The notes below the pieces were generated by a model, which ran no database searches, had not been told where the DNA came from, and saw only the letters and a list, made by a program, of their open reading frames with translations. DNA of 64,000 bases from an uncultured delta proteobacterium. GTDB taxonomy: Bacteria > Desulfobacterota > Binatia > Binatales > Binataceae. Made by a program: the position numbers and the translations under genes. Position 1 is the stretch's first letter, and each line of letters begins with the position of its first letter. The stretch covers positions 2,516,319 to 2,580,318 of the forward strand of contig CAVRUK010000006.1 in assembly GCA_963724395.1 (NCBI GenBank), given 5' to 3'. Below, one piece after another: positions 40,936 to 50,225 of the stretch.

Positions 40936-41937
40936 TTACGTTCCGGCTTTTGCGGTTCGGTTTCGGCGGTCGATTCGTTGAGTCACAAGGAAGTCGATCG
41001 TGCCAAGGATACCTGCCGCTACGCGATTTCGGCGTTGCAGGCCTAACACGCCAAGTGCGTTCCATACCGGCGGTACGAACAACAACCTTTGGTAACCTAC
41101 CCACCAGTTGTGCTGAAGGAGGTCGGGGTCGTCAGCTCTCAGACCCCATTTTTCCGCGAAACGCGCCTTGCCCTGTGTCATCCAGTCATTGCTCCATCGA
41201 AGCAGAAAGTAGGGCAGGTCCGAGCTATGGACGGGTGGCGGCGGGACATAAGTTACGACCGAACCTGGCTCGAACCAGACAGTTCCTCCGGCGTTGCGCA
41301 CGAGCATACAGAGGTCAGCGTGCGTTTCCACGATGCCCATTAACTTCTCATCGAGAGGTCCCACTGTGCGCATCGCGTCACTGCGGACGAGCATGCAGTG
41401 GAACTCGCAGCGTTCGCTGGGTTCGCGCTTGAGTTGGTCACGGACGCCGTCAATCCATTTGTGCTCCAACAGATGCTTGTCGATATAGCGACGAGTGCCT
41501 CCGTTTTGTTCGAAGTGAGACAGCCCCGCGGCCATGTGGATCTTCTGATGATACGGCTCGCCGATGCAGTATAACGGACCGACTATCCATGCTCCCGTTT
41601 CCTCGGCACATCGCACGAGGCTGTTCAGCCATCCGGGCGCGACAATGACATCATTGTCGAGAAACACCGTGTATTTCGTTTGCACCTTCGCAAAGCCAAG
41701 ATTTCGCGCCTCGTTGGGCGACAGGTACTGATCGGTTCGAATCAGCCTGAAGTTATTTTCCCGCGCTTGCGGCTCGATGATGCGCCTGACCCATGTCGGC
41801 GAGCCCCCATCGACATAAATCAACTGGTACGGCGGTTCGGTGTTTTCCAAAACGCTCTTGAGCGACTGCGGCGCAAAACTAAATCGCTCGCGGGGGACGA
41901 CGACAATAGTGACATCCTTCGAAGGACTTCCGTCCAT
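40936..41937 (-). CDS. glycosyltransferase family 2
   Basis: N-terminal GT-A fold. VTIVVVP...YVDGGS and D.D-containing region. Confidence 0.75.
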   Translation of the reverse strand: MDGSPSKDVTIVVVPRERFSFAPQSLKSVLENTEPPYQLIYVDGGSPTWVRRIIEPQARENNFRLIRTDQYLSPNEARNLGFAKVQTKYTVFLDNDVIVAPGWLNSLVRCAEETGAWIVGPLYCIGEPYHQKIHMAAGLSHFEQNGGTRRYIDKHLLEHKWIDGVRDQLKREPSERCEFHCMLVRSDAMRTVGPLDEKLMGIVETHADLCMLVRNAGGTVWFEPGSVVTYVPPPPVHSSDLPYFLLRWSNDWMTQGKARFAEKWGLRADDPDLLQHNWWVGYQRLLFVPPVWNALGVLGLQRRNRVAAGILGTIDFLVTQRIDRRNRTAKAGT

Positions 41938-41939
41938 GG

Positions 41940-43094
41940 TTAGCCCACTTCAATACGTAAGCAAAGATCGCGGAAAGAGGCCAAAAAATTTGTCCAGTTA
42001 TGCGTCTCCCGGACCCAACTGCGTCCTGCCTTACCAAGTTGGAGACGCAGTCCCGAATCAGACAACAGCTGGTTCATCGCGGCGGAAAGCGCAGGCAGCG
42101 CGTCCATTCCAGTTCCATCAAAACGGCCTGCGTAGAGACCGAACCGCGAAACTATTCCTCCTGGGTCTACACACGCCAGCAGCGGCGTCTCGCACGCGAG
42201 CGCTTCCAGGAAACTCACTGCGAGACCCTCGTGAATCGAAGTGTTGACCAGGATCCAGGCGGACGATAGCACCCGAACCTTTTCCGGCCCGTCGATATGT
42301 CCCAAAAAGCGAACATTTGAAGGCATATCGCCAGGCGTCCACGCGCCTTCGCCCTCGTGATAAGCCTTGCCAGCAAGCAGAAATTCGACGTCAGGGAAAC
42401 GGCGCGCGAGTTCCACGAATAGCCACGGACGCTTGTAAGGGTCCAGACGCGCCAGGAAGATTACTTGCGGGCGCTCGCTCTTTCGAACCTCACCGGGCGC
42501 GATGTCGATGGGATTGGGCAACAAGGATAATTCATCAATGTCCATTCCGATGGCACCGGCGAGCTTGCTTCTCAGCTGCGGTTCGGGCGTGGCAAAAACG
42601 ATCGGCCGGCCGAATAATCGTGATGTCCGCGCGATCGTACCGAGTGACGTGCAATCGAGCGGCATTACGCCTTTCGGAACTACACCGTTAGCGCCTGGGA
42701 TGCGCAGGGAACTGACCTTTGCCACATCTTCCGGGGGACGCGGGTCGCGCACCCATACGATCATGGGCGTGAGCGGCAAATCCCAACAGAGCCGCGCATA
42801 GTTAGGCCGGTAGTCGATCAGGAGCAGTGCGTCGACTCGCTCCAAACGGGTAAGCCGGAGGTTCGTTAGCGCATCTGGTTGCTTCAGGATCAGCCGCGTT
42901 TCGTGCACGACGATCTCGCGCCGCTCAATCGATCCACACAGCTCGCCGGTGAAAAAAATCAGGTCGATCCCAAGCTCCGGATGGCTGCTAAAATAGCGCG
43001 CCAATTGTCGCGTAGCCCATCCGAATCCTCCCATTCGGCCCAGAGACAGATCGAAGAACTCGTTGGCCACCAGACCAAGCTTGATCCTCTTCAT
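41940..43094 (-). CDS. glycosyltransferase family 4
   Basis: GT-B C-terminal motif (NTSIHEGLAVSFLEALACETPLLA). Confidence 0.75.
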   Translation of the reverse strand: MKRIKLGLVANEFFDLSLGRMGGFGWATRQLARYFSSHPELGIDLIFFTGELCGSIERREIVVHETRLILKQPDALTNLRLTRLERVDALLLIDYRPNYARLCWDLPLTPMIVWVRDPRPPEDVAKVSSLRIPGANGVVPKGVMPLDCTSLGTIARTSRLFGRPIVFATPEPQLRSKLAGAIGMDIDELSLLPNPIDIAPGEVRKSERPQVIFLARLDPYKRPWLFVELARRFPDVEFLLAGKAYHEGEGAWTPGDMPSNVRFLGHIDGPEKVRVLSSAWILVNTSIHEGLAVSFLEALACETPLLACVDPGGIVSRFGLYAGRFDGTGMDALPALSAAMNQLLSDSGLRLQLGKAGRSWVRETHNWTNFLASFRDLCLRIEVG

Positions 43095-43150
43095 ACGAGG
43101 TGCGCCGCATCGCTGGCAACGGGAGGTGAAAGCACAGCGTGGCTACTGCG

Positions 43151-44248
43151 CTAATCGAGCTCGCCCAATACCCAGGCTGCGGTGTCCTCGGGCAGGTCGG
43201 GAATCCATTGCATGAATTCTTCGACGCTGTTTCCTACTACCTTGCTACCGAGATTTTCCTGTAGCGCTTCGTGAAAGCGGCCCGCGACGCGACGGCTCAG
43301 CAACCCGCAGCGGCGTAGGGTCGGAAGCACGAACCCCGACACCGGCCCGCGCCGACGCCCCGGAGGTGGCCGTGTCAACTGGTCGCGCTCGCGTTGCGCG
43401 CAAGCCAGCAGCTCCGCGGTGTCGATGCCCGCCTCTGCCCAGCTTTGCAGCAGCGCAGCCATAAAGCCGGCCTGATTGCGTCCGCCGATAATGGCAATGG
43501 CGGCGTCGAAGGCGAAGTCTTCGAGGTCTTCACGCTCTGTCGCCGAAAGGCATGGCGTACAGCGTTCAACGTACTGTACGCCGTAGGCATGATGACGCGC
43601 CTCGTCGCGCCCGACATAGGTGAGAATCTCTTTGAGCAGCGGCTCCTCGGTAAGATTGCGCATCTCACGGAAGCTGTAGAGCGCGAGCCCCTCGACCACG
43701 ATCTGCATGCCGACGAGCTTCTTGGTCCAGTCGCCAGTCTCCAGTGTGCTGTCGAGCAGACCTTTGAGGTTAGGCGCGATCGGCCGAACCATATCGAGCT
43801 TCTGGATATAGCGCGCGAATACCTCGACGTGTCGCGCCTCATCCATGGTCTGGGTCGCGGCGTAGAACTTGGCGTCGGTGTGCGGCACCGCATTCACCAG
43901 TTGCGCGGCGACCATCAGCGCCCCCTGCTCGCCGTGCAGAAAGTTGCTCAGGCGAAAACTCGCCATCCGTTTCTTCAGCTCCCATACCGTCTCCGCGCTG
44001 AGCGAGCGCCAGTACGACGTCTGTTCGACCGGAAAGCCGATTCCGAGCGGCGTGGCAGCCAACGCAACTTGATCGATCGGCCTCTCCCAGTCGAGGTCGC
44101 GTTCAGCGATCCACTGCGCCTCGAGAGCTTTGACGTACAAACTGCGCAGCTCCTCGACTTCGGAGCCGTAGTTCCACTGATAGACGACCTTCATCGCGGT
44201 TGACAGGTCAGGCTCCTGGGTGGCTGAGATAATGTCGAATTGACTCAT
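43151..44248 (-). CDS. ferritin-like diiron oxygenase (AurF-like family)
   Basis: Four-helix diiron ligand pattern: E (LHGEQG), ExxH (DEARHVE), E (VVEGLA), ExxH (DEARHHA). Start taken at the internal ATG (MSQFDIIS). First gene of the GT4-GT2-GT4 operon. Confidence 0.55.
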   Translation of the reverse strand: MSQFDIISATQEPDLSTAMKVVYQWNYGSEVEELRSLYVKALEAQWIAERDLDWERPIDQVALAATPLGIGFPVEQTSYWRSLSAETVWELKKRMASFRLSNFLHGEQGALMVAAQLVNAVPHTDAKFYAATQTMDEARHVEVFARYIQKLDMVRPIAPNLKGLLDSTLETGDWTKKLVGMQIVVEGLALYSFREMRNLTEEPLLKEILTYVGRDEARHHAYGVQYVERCTPCLSATEREDLEDFAFDAAIAIIGGRNQAGFMAALLQSWAEAGIDTAELLACAQRERDQLTRPPPGRRRGPVSGFVLPTLRRCGLLSRRVAGRFHEALQENLGSKVVGNSVEEFMQWIPDLPEDTAAWVLGELD

Positions 44249-44562
44249 CGGCGTCTTGGGTGCTCCCGCTGCGGTGGCGCTGCCCGACGTTAGCGCCAGA
44301 CATCTGACGGAACAAGTACGCCTGACGGGACAGGTACGCCGCAGCGCTATCGGTAAGGTTCGAGCATTATGTTGGCGAGAGCTGCGTTGTGGCTCGGTTT
44401 GATTGCGTTGACGCGCTGGCACCACGACTTAAGCCCACTGAAAAGAGGTGATCAGCCTTATGTCAGTCATTATCCGGTCGGGTTCCGGGCCAAAGATGTG
44501 GAGATTCTGACTTTGTTGACCAAGCGATCGCGTTAGAGCCGCCCTCTTATCGGAGTGGACGA

Positions 44563-46731
44563 TCACTCATAGCGGAGCGCTTCGATGGGATCGAGTCTCG
44601 ATGCCTTGCGCGCCGGATACCATCCGAAGAACAGCCCAACCGCCGCCGCGAACGCAAACCCGCCGACCACCGCGGTCGGAGAAATTAGTGTCGGCCAGGA
44701 CGCAAGAGCGGACAATATCTTGGACGCAACTATTCCCAGGGCGACACCCGCGAGTCCTCCCACGATGCTGAGCAACGCGGACTCCACCAGGAACTGAAGA
44801 AGTATCTGCACACGCCGCGCACCAACCGCCATGCGGATTCCGATCTCTCGCGTTCGTTCGGTAACCGACACCAACATGATATTCATGATTCCGATCCCGC
44901 CGACCAGCAGCGAAATCGACGCTACCGCCGCCAGCAGCAGGGTCATGACCGCGCTGGCACTCTCCGAGGCTTGTGCGATCTCGCTGAGGCTGCGGACGGT
45001 GAAGTCGTCGTCCTCACGAGGACCGATGCGATGACGGCGATGCAACAATTGTTGGACCTGCGTTTGCACCGAATCGACCTCCTGGGCGGTACGAGCCTTG
45101 ATGAAGAGCAGGTTCACCACGCCTGAGATCTTTGACGAACCACCGAATGGGCTGATCATTGTGACACTTGCCGCATAGATCGGACTGGTGGCGGTGGTGC
45201 TCGGCACGCCGATATACGGGTTGAGCACAGGATTGCTCGATCCCGTGGAGCTTGCGGGAACGCTCGCCGTTACTTGCGAGGTCCCCAGTACCTTTCGCTC
45301 CGCGGTGTTGAACGGAAGGAGGACCACGTCGTCCTGATCAGTGCCGAAGCTGGACTGCCCCTTGACGCCGAGGACACCGACCACGCGCAGGGGAAAATTC
45401 TTCACCCGAACGACCATGCCCACCGGATCCTCATCCGGACCAAACAGATTGTTAACGACGGTACGTCCGAGCAGGCACACGGGCGCGGCGCTGCGCTCTT
45501 CCTCGTCCGTAAAGTTGCGTCCATCGACTACCGGCCAGTCGCGAATCGTCAGGTAGATGGGAGTAGTCCCGGCGATGCTGGTGCTCCAGTTCTGATGCGC
45601 GTATACGACCTGCGCCACCTGGTGATTGGCATAGCTGACGGCGGCAGCGGCAGGCACTTCTTTCTGAATTGCCTCGCCGTCCGCGACGGTCAGAGTCGAG
45701 ATACTGCCCGCCCCTGCACGAACGCCGTTGGCTGTCGTCGCGCCGGGCAGTACTACAAGCAAATTGGTGCCGAGACTCTGGATCTGCTGCTGTACCGAAT
45801 ATCGCGCGCCATCGCCCACCGCCACCATCGCGATCACCGCGGCAACTCCTATGAAAATGCCGAGCATCGTCAGAGCGGCGCGGGTCTTGTTGCGCCTGAG
45901 CGCGCGTGCCGCAGCACTCAGCGCCATCGTTCCGAATTTTCGCGCGCGAATCAGGCCGTTGCCGGTGGCCGCCGGCTCGAGAGACCCGCGCATTGCGTCG
46001 AGGGTCTCGGTCTTGGCTGGGGCGCGTTTGCCTTCGCGTGTTCGAACGTCCGAAAGAATCGCGCCGTCGCGAAATGTCACCACCCGATCGGTGTAGGCGG
46101 CAACGTCCGCATCGTGGGTCACCACCAGAACCGTTATCCCGTGCTCGCGGTTAAGCCGGCTGATGATGTCCATGATCTCGGCGGAGTTCTTCGAGTCCAG
46201 ATTTCCAGTGGGTTCGTCGGCCAGCAGGATCGCGGGCCGGTTAATTAGCGAGCGCGCGATTGCAACGCGTTGTTGTTGCCCGCCGGAGAGCTGATTCGGA
46301 TTGTTGTTCTCGCGCCCCTTGAGCCCGAGCATTTCGAGCAGCTCTCCGGCGCGTTGCTCGCCGTCGGGGTTGCGCTCCGAGTAAAAGAGCGGCAATTCGA
46401 CGTTCTCGATCGCGGTGGTTCGCGCGAGCAGGTTGAAGGTTTGGAAAATGAAGCCAATTCGACTGCTGCGGATCGCCGCCAACTCTTCTTCTTTGAGCGA
46501 AGCGACATCGACGCCTTCGAGCAGGTAGCGGCCACTGGTGGGACGATCGAGGCATCCGATGATGTTCATCAGGGTCGACTTGCCCGAACCCGACGCGCCC
46601 ATGATCGCGAGGAACTCACCGCGCTCGACGCCAAGCGAGACGTTCCGCAGCGCCTGCACTTCGACTTCACCCATGCGGTAGGTCTTGTTCAGGCCCTCGA
46701 TTTGGATAACCGCCGACATCGTGGAACTCAA
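44563..46731 (-). CDS. MacB-family ABC transporter (fused ATPase plus FtsX-type permease)
   Basis: Walker A GASGSGKST, signature LSGGQQQRV, Walker B LLADEP. Four C-terminal transmembrane segments with a large periplasmic loop. Confidence 0.9.
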   Translation of the reverse strand: MSSTMSAVIQIEGLNKTYRMGEVEVQALRNVSLGVERGEFLAIMGASGSGKSTLMNIIGCLDRPTSGRYLLEGVDVASLKEEELAAIRSSRIGFIFQTFNLLARTTAIENVELPLFYSERNPDGEQRAGELLEMLGLKGRENNNPNQLSGGQQQRVAIARSLINRPAILLADEPTGNLDSKNSAEIMDIISRLNREHGITVLVVTHDADVAAYTDRVVTFRDGAILSDVRTREGKRAPAKTETLDAMRGSLEPAATGNGLIRARKFGTMALSAAARALRRNKTRAALTMLGIFIGVAAVIAMVAVGDGARYSVQQQIQSLGTNLLVVLPGATTANGVRAGAGSISTLTVADGEAIQKEVPAAAAVSYANHQVAQVVYAHQNWSTSIAGTTPIYLTIRDWPVVDGRNFTDEEERSAAPVCLLGRTVVNNLFGPDEDPVGMVVRVKNFPLRVVGVLGVKGQSSFGTDQDDVVLLPFNTAERKVLGTSQVTASVPASSTGSSNPVLNPYIGVPSTTATSPIYAASVTMISPFGGSSKISGVVNLLFIKARTAQEVDSVQTQVQQLLHRRHRIGPREDDDFTVRSLSEIAQASESASAVMTLLLAAVASISLLVGGIGIMNIMLVSVTERTREIGIRMAVGARRVQILLQFLVESALLSIVGGLAGVALGIVASKILSALASWPTLISPTAVVGGFAFAAAVGLFFGWYPARKASRLDPIEALRYE

Positions 46732-47948
46732 TGCGCTAGACGGAGTGGGGATGACGGAGACGTCAGCGATGACGCGGGAGTCGTGTCACCCGAACTCAAT
46801 TCCGCGGTTACGACCGAGTCGCCCTGCTTAAGCCCGCCGCTTATGACCTGGACATAGTGGCCATCGTCGAGCCCGGTCACGATCGATGCCGGCCTGATAA
46901 CGCTCCCATCTGCGACCCAGACTTGCTTCTCGCGCGAGGTTGAAGGATTCGCGGAGTTGCTCTTCGCGAACGACGGTGAGAACTGTATCGCCTGAATGGG
47001 AATACGAAGGACATTGTCCCGGCGTGCGGAAATGATCGTCACATTCGCGGTCATACCGGGCTTCAGCAGGAATTCAGGATTAGGCACGTTCACGACAACG
47101 TCGTAAGTCGTGACGTTCTGGATACTGATCGGAACCTGGCGTACCTGCCCTACGGTGCCCTCGAACACGCGGTCCGGGAATGCGTCAACGCCGAAGTCCG
47201 CAGTTTCTCCGTCGCGCAGATCTCCGATATCTGATTCGCTCACGTTGGTATCGACCTGCATCTGCGTCAGATCCTTGGCGATCAGAAACAGCGTCGGCGT
47301 CTGAAAGCTGGCGGCGACGGTCTGTCCGACGTCGACATTGCGCGAGACCACGGTGCCGTCGACCGGCGATACTATGTTCGTATAGTCGAGATTGACTTGC
47401 GCCTCCTCGAGGTTGGCCTCCTGTTGCTTGACCATCGAGCCGTCCAGCGCGACTTGAGATGCCGCCTGTTGGTATGCACTGCGCGCATTGTCGAGGGTGT
47501 CTTGCGAGATAACGTTCTCGGCCATCAGCCTGCTGTCACGGTCGAAGAGAAGCTTTTTGTAGACCAAGTCCGCTTGGTCTTTGGCGAGCTGTGATTGGGA
47601 ATTGCCGAGCGCGGCCTGAGCCTCATGCACTTTAACAGTAAAGGGTCGGGGATCGATTTTCGCGATCAGTTGCCCGGCTTTGACCGGCGAGTTGAAATCC
47701 GCGTAGATGGCAAGAATTGGACCCGAGTCGTAGGTGCCTACCTGCACGACGATCACGGGATTGACGGTGCCGGTCGCTGTAACGGAACGGACGACCGAAC
47801 CGCGATCCACCTGCACCGTGACGTATCGAGGCATCCGCACCCGCCCGGTCATCCACCAGAACCCAACTCCTCCAATTGTTAGTATCGCGGCGGCAAACGG
47901 CCATAATCTTTTGATTTGCGGCACCTTCATATGCAGTAGATTCTGCAT
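46728..47948 (-). CDS. HlyD/MacA-family periplasmic adaptor subunit
   Basis: N-terminal transmembrane anchor, coiled-coil and beta-barrel adaptor domains. Overlaps the macB-like gene by 4 bp. Confidence 0.8.
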   Translation of the reverse strand: MQNLLHMKVPQIKRLWPFAAAILTIGGVGFWWMTGRVRMPRYVTVQVDRGSVVRSVTATGTVNPVIVVQVGTYDSGPILAIYADFNSPVKAGQLIAKIDPRPFTVKVHEAQAALGNSQSQLAKDQADLVYKKLLFDRDSRLMAENVISQDTLDNARSAYQQAASQVALDGSMVKQQEANLEEAQVNLDYTNIVSPVDGTVVSRNVDVGQTVAASFQTPTLFLIAKDLTQMQVDTNVSESDIGDLRDGETADFGVDAFPDRVFEGTVGQVRQVPISIQNVTTYDVVVNVPNPEFLLKPGMTANVTIISARRDNVLRIPIQAIQFSPSFAKSNSANPSTSREKQVWVADGSVIRPASIVTGLDDGHYVQVISGGLKQGDSVVTAELSSGDTTPASSLTSPSSPLRLAH

Positions 47949-48099
47949 TCGTTATGCCAAAGAAGATCGAGGACTTGACGACGATTATTGGTGAAAACTG
48001 TATCCGATCGCACCACTTGCTAAACATCACTTGTGGGTCGTGAGTCCGTTCGAATCAACCCTCGTCGAATCGATCAGCCGGTTCTGAATCGCTGCTGAT

Positions 48100-48137
48100 C
48101 CCGTCGGAGGTCTCTTATCCTCCGACGGGTTTCGTCC
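48100..48137 (+). terminator. strong 11 bp-stem hairpin followed by TTTCGTCC (terminator-like, no obvious upstream plus-strand gene)
   Basis: cccgtcggagg-tctcttat-cctccgacggg ttt. Confidence 0.3.
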
Positions 48138-48457
48138 TGCAGCCGCGAAGCATTTCTCGAAGTGTGTCACGGCCTTCGGCCCGATAGGTCTTTAGTTCGC
48201 GAATCATCTATTCTGTCTCCGGTGCCTGGCTCCGTTGCAGATCGTTAGGAGCCTGCGCCTCGATGATTCGGTAGCGAGGAGCGCAGGCCGACGCCAGCAG
48301 GCCCGAGATTTCGGCGTCGCTGACTCGGCGCGCGGTTTTCATCTCTGCTTCGTGCGCCCCTTCTCGCCTATTGTCATTCAGAGAAAGCGGGCCGACGGAT
48401 GCCGCTCCGCAAGTCCAAGAGCCCGGCGATCCGCGATCGCCAGGCTCGCGACAGTCG

Positions 48458-48928
48458 CTAGTGCTTCGAGATATCGACCTTCTTTTCTGCCGCGGTCTCG
48501 ATCTGCACCTTCTTGGCGACGGCTTCCTTCGCCAGCGGAATCGTGATCTCGAGAACGCCATTCTTGAAGTTGGCCTTGACCTGGTCGGTCACTGCTCCTT
48601 CCGGCAGGCTCATGCGGCGCTCGAAGGAGCCGTAGGAGACTTCGCGGCGCAGGTAGTCCTCTTTCTTGACCTCCTTCTCGCTCTTGCGCTCGCCCTTGAC
48701 GGTAAGAACATTGCGGAGAACCGAGACGTCCAGGTCTCTGAGTTCGAGACCCGGCGCGTCGGCGCGCACGACGAGGTTGCCGTCCTTCACGTAGCTCTCG
48801 ACCGCCGGCATGAATGCCTCGCTGTGGTTGTCCTCGAAGTCCTCAAAAGCGCGCGGGAGAGGCGATTCCCATCGTCGTGCGATTCGTTCGAGCTCCCGGA
48901 AAGGGCTCCATGTTGTAAGTGCTCCCAT
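48458..48928 (-). CDS. Hsp20/alpha-crystallin family small heat shock protein
   Basis: Alpha-crystallin domain (DAPGLELRDLDVSV...G.L.I..P). A GGAGGA ribosome-binding site precedes the internal ATG. Confidence 0.85.
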   Translation of the reverse strand: MGALTTWSPFRELERIARRWESPLPRAFEDFEDNHSEAFMPAVESYVKDGNLVVRADAPGLELRDLDVSVLRNVLTVKGERKSEKEVKKEDYLRREVSYGSFERRMSLPEGAVTDQVKANFKNGVLEITIPLAKEAVAKKVQIETAAEKKVDISKH

Positions 48929-49260
48929 TTTCCTGTCCTCCATCTTTCTATTTTTTGAGTGACGAGACATTTCGCCACTATGTTGGCTAGAGCAAGCAAC
49001 GCGCCATCCAAATCTCGACAATTGAGACTCAATCTCCGCCACGTGATGTAGCGGATCGCGTCATCGACTCTGAATCTCTGTTGCTTATGGACCCAGTGAA
49101 CATCTGAAGGTGGCGCCATCGTCATATCGGCGATGGCCGTTTCGATAGCGCGGCCAATGAAAACCCGTTCCGCTGATAACAAATGTTGCTGAAGCTCGTC
49201 TCATAAGCGTTCGCCTGACTTGGCACGGCTGTAGCTAAGAAGAACCTCGAGGACTCGAAC

Positions 49261-49446
49261 ATGCCCGTAAATGTCGTCAGAACCCCGGAAGAGGAAATCG
49301 CGTGGGAGCGTGCGAAAGCTCGCGCTCGCGAAGAGTATCCCGACGCGACCGGCGAGCGCTTCTATCGGATCGTCATGGCCATCTACAAGAAGATGGCTCA
49401 CTACCAGCCGCGTTCGATCCCCACGACCGCGAGAAGATTTCGATGA
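49261..49446 (+). CDS. small hypothetical protein (61 aa)
   Basis: Translationally coupled (ATGA) to the downstream zinc-ribbon ORF. Confidence 0.4.
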   Translation: MPVNVVRTPEEEIAWERAKARAREEYPDATGERFYRIVMAIYKKMAHYQPRSIPTTARRFR

Positions 49447-49958
49447 ATAAAGGACTCGAACGAAGTATGGATCGACGTGGGACCAGATCGGACAAGAGTC
49501 CGCCGGTGGCCCAAAAGCAAAAGTTCAGCGATCCGTCGATTTGCGATCGATGCGGCGCCGTGTACTCCGGAAAAAGCTGGCGGCGTGGCCCACGGTTGCC
49601 CCGGGAGGTCATCGACAAGGCCTCTTGGGTAACATGCCCGGGCTGTGCGCAGGCGGCGGCTGGCGAGTATCACGGCCGGGTGCTGATTGCGGCCGGCGAT
49701 CGCGCGAGTATCGAGGCCGTTTCAGCCCGCATCGCCAACGTCGAGCAACGCGCGCAGTTTACGCAGCCCGAGCGGCGGATCGTATCAACCAACTGGGATG
49801 GCAAGACACTCGAAGTCCTGACGACCTCGCAGAAGCTCGCGCATCGCATCGCGCGCGAGGTCGAGAAGGCGTTCGGCGGACGCGCACATTTTTCGTGGTC
49901 TGATGATGGCAGCCTACTGGCCGCCGTCGAGCTTCCGCAAGCGAAGAAATCAAGTTGA
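49443..49958 (+). CDS. hypothetical zinc-ribbon protein
   Basis: 171 aa. CDRCG...CPGC Cys pairs. Confidence 0.45.
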   Translation: MNKGLERSMDRRGTRSDKSPPVAQKQKFSDPSICDRCGAVYSGKSWRRGPRLPREVIDKASWVTCPGCAQAAAGEYHGRVLIAAGDRASIEAVSARIANVEQRAQFTQPERRIVSTNWDGKTLEVLTTSQKLAHRIAREVEKAFGGRAHFSWSDDGSLLAAVELPQAKKSS

Positions 49959-50225
49959 ACGCATCGGCATTTCGGCGATTGGCTTGGAACGCGGTGGAAT
50001 CTGCCCTCGCGGCGAATTTTCTGATGCTTGCCACGCCAATCCACGCTGCGTCGAGCGCCTCTCAGAGGCGGTGTGCGATGTTGCCAACCTCGAGCGAGAA
50101 AACTGCGGATTGCGCATCGCCGCTTCGCTTGAAACACGACCGCTGAACTGAATGACGATTCTCGATGAGCATGGAGAACACAGCCAAAATCCAAGTACCT
50201 CCGCAGCACTGCGAGGAGTCCAGCT

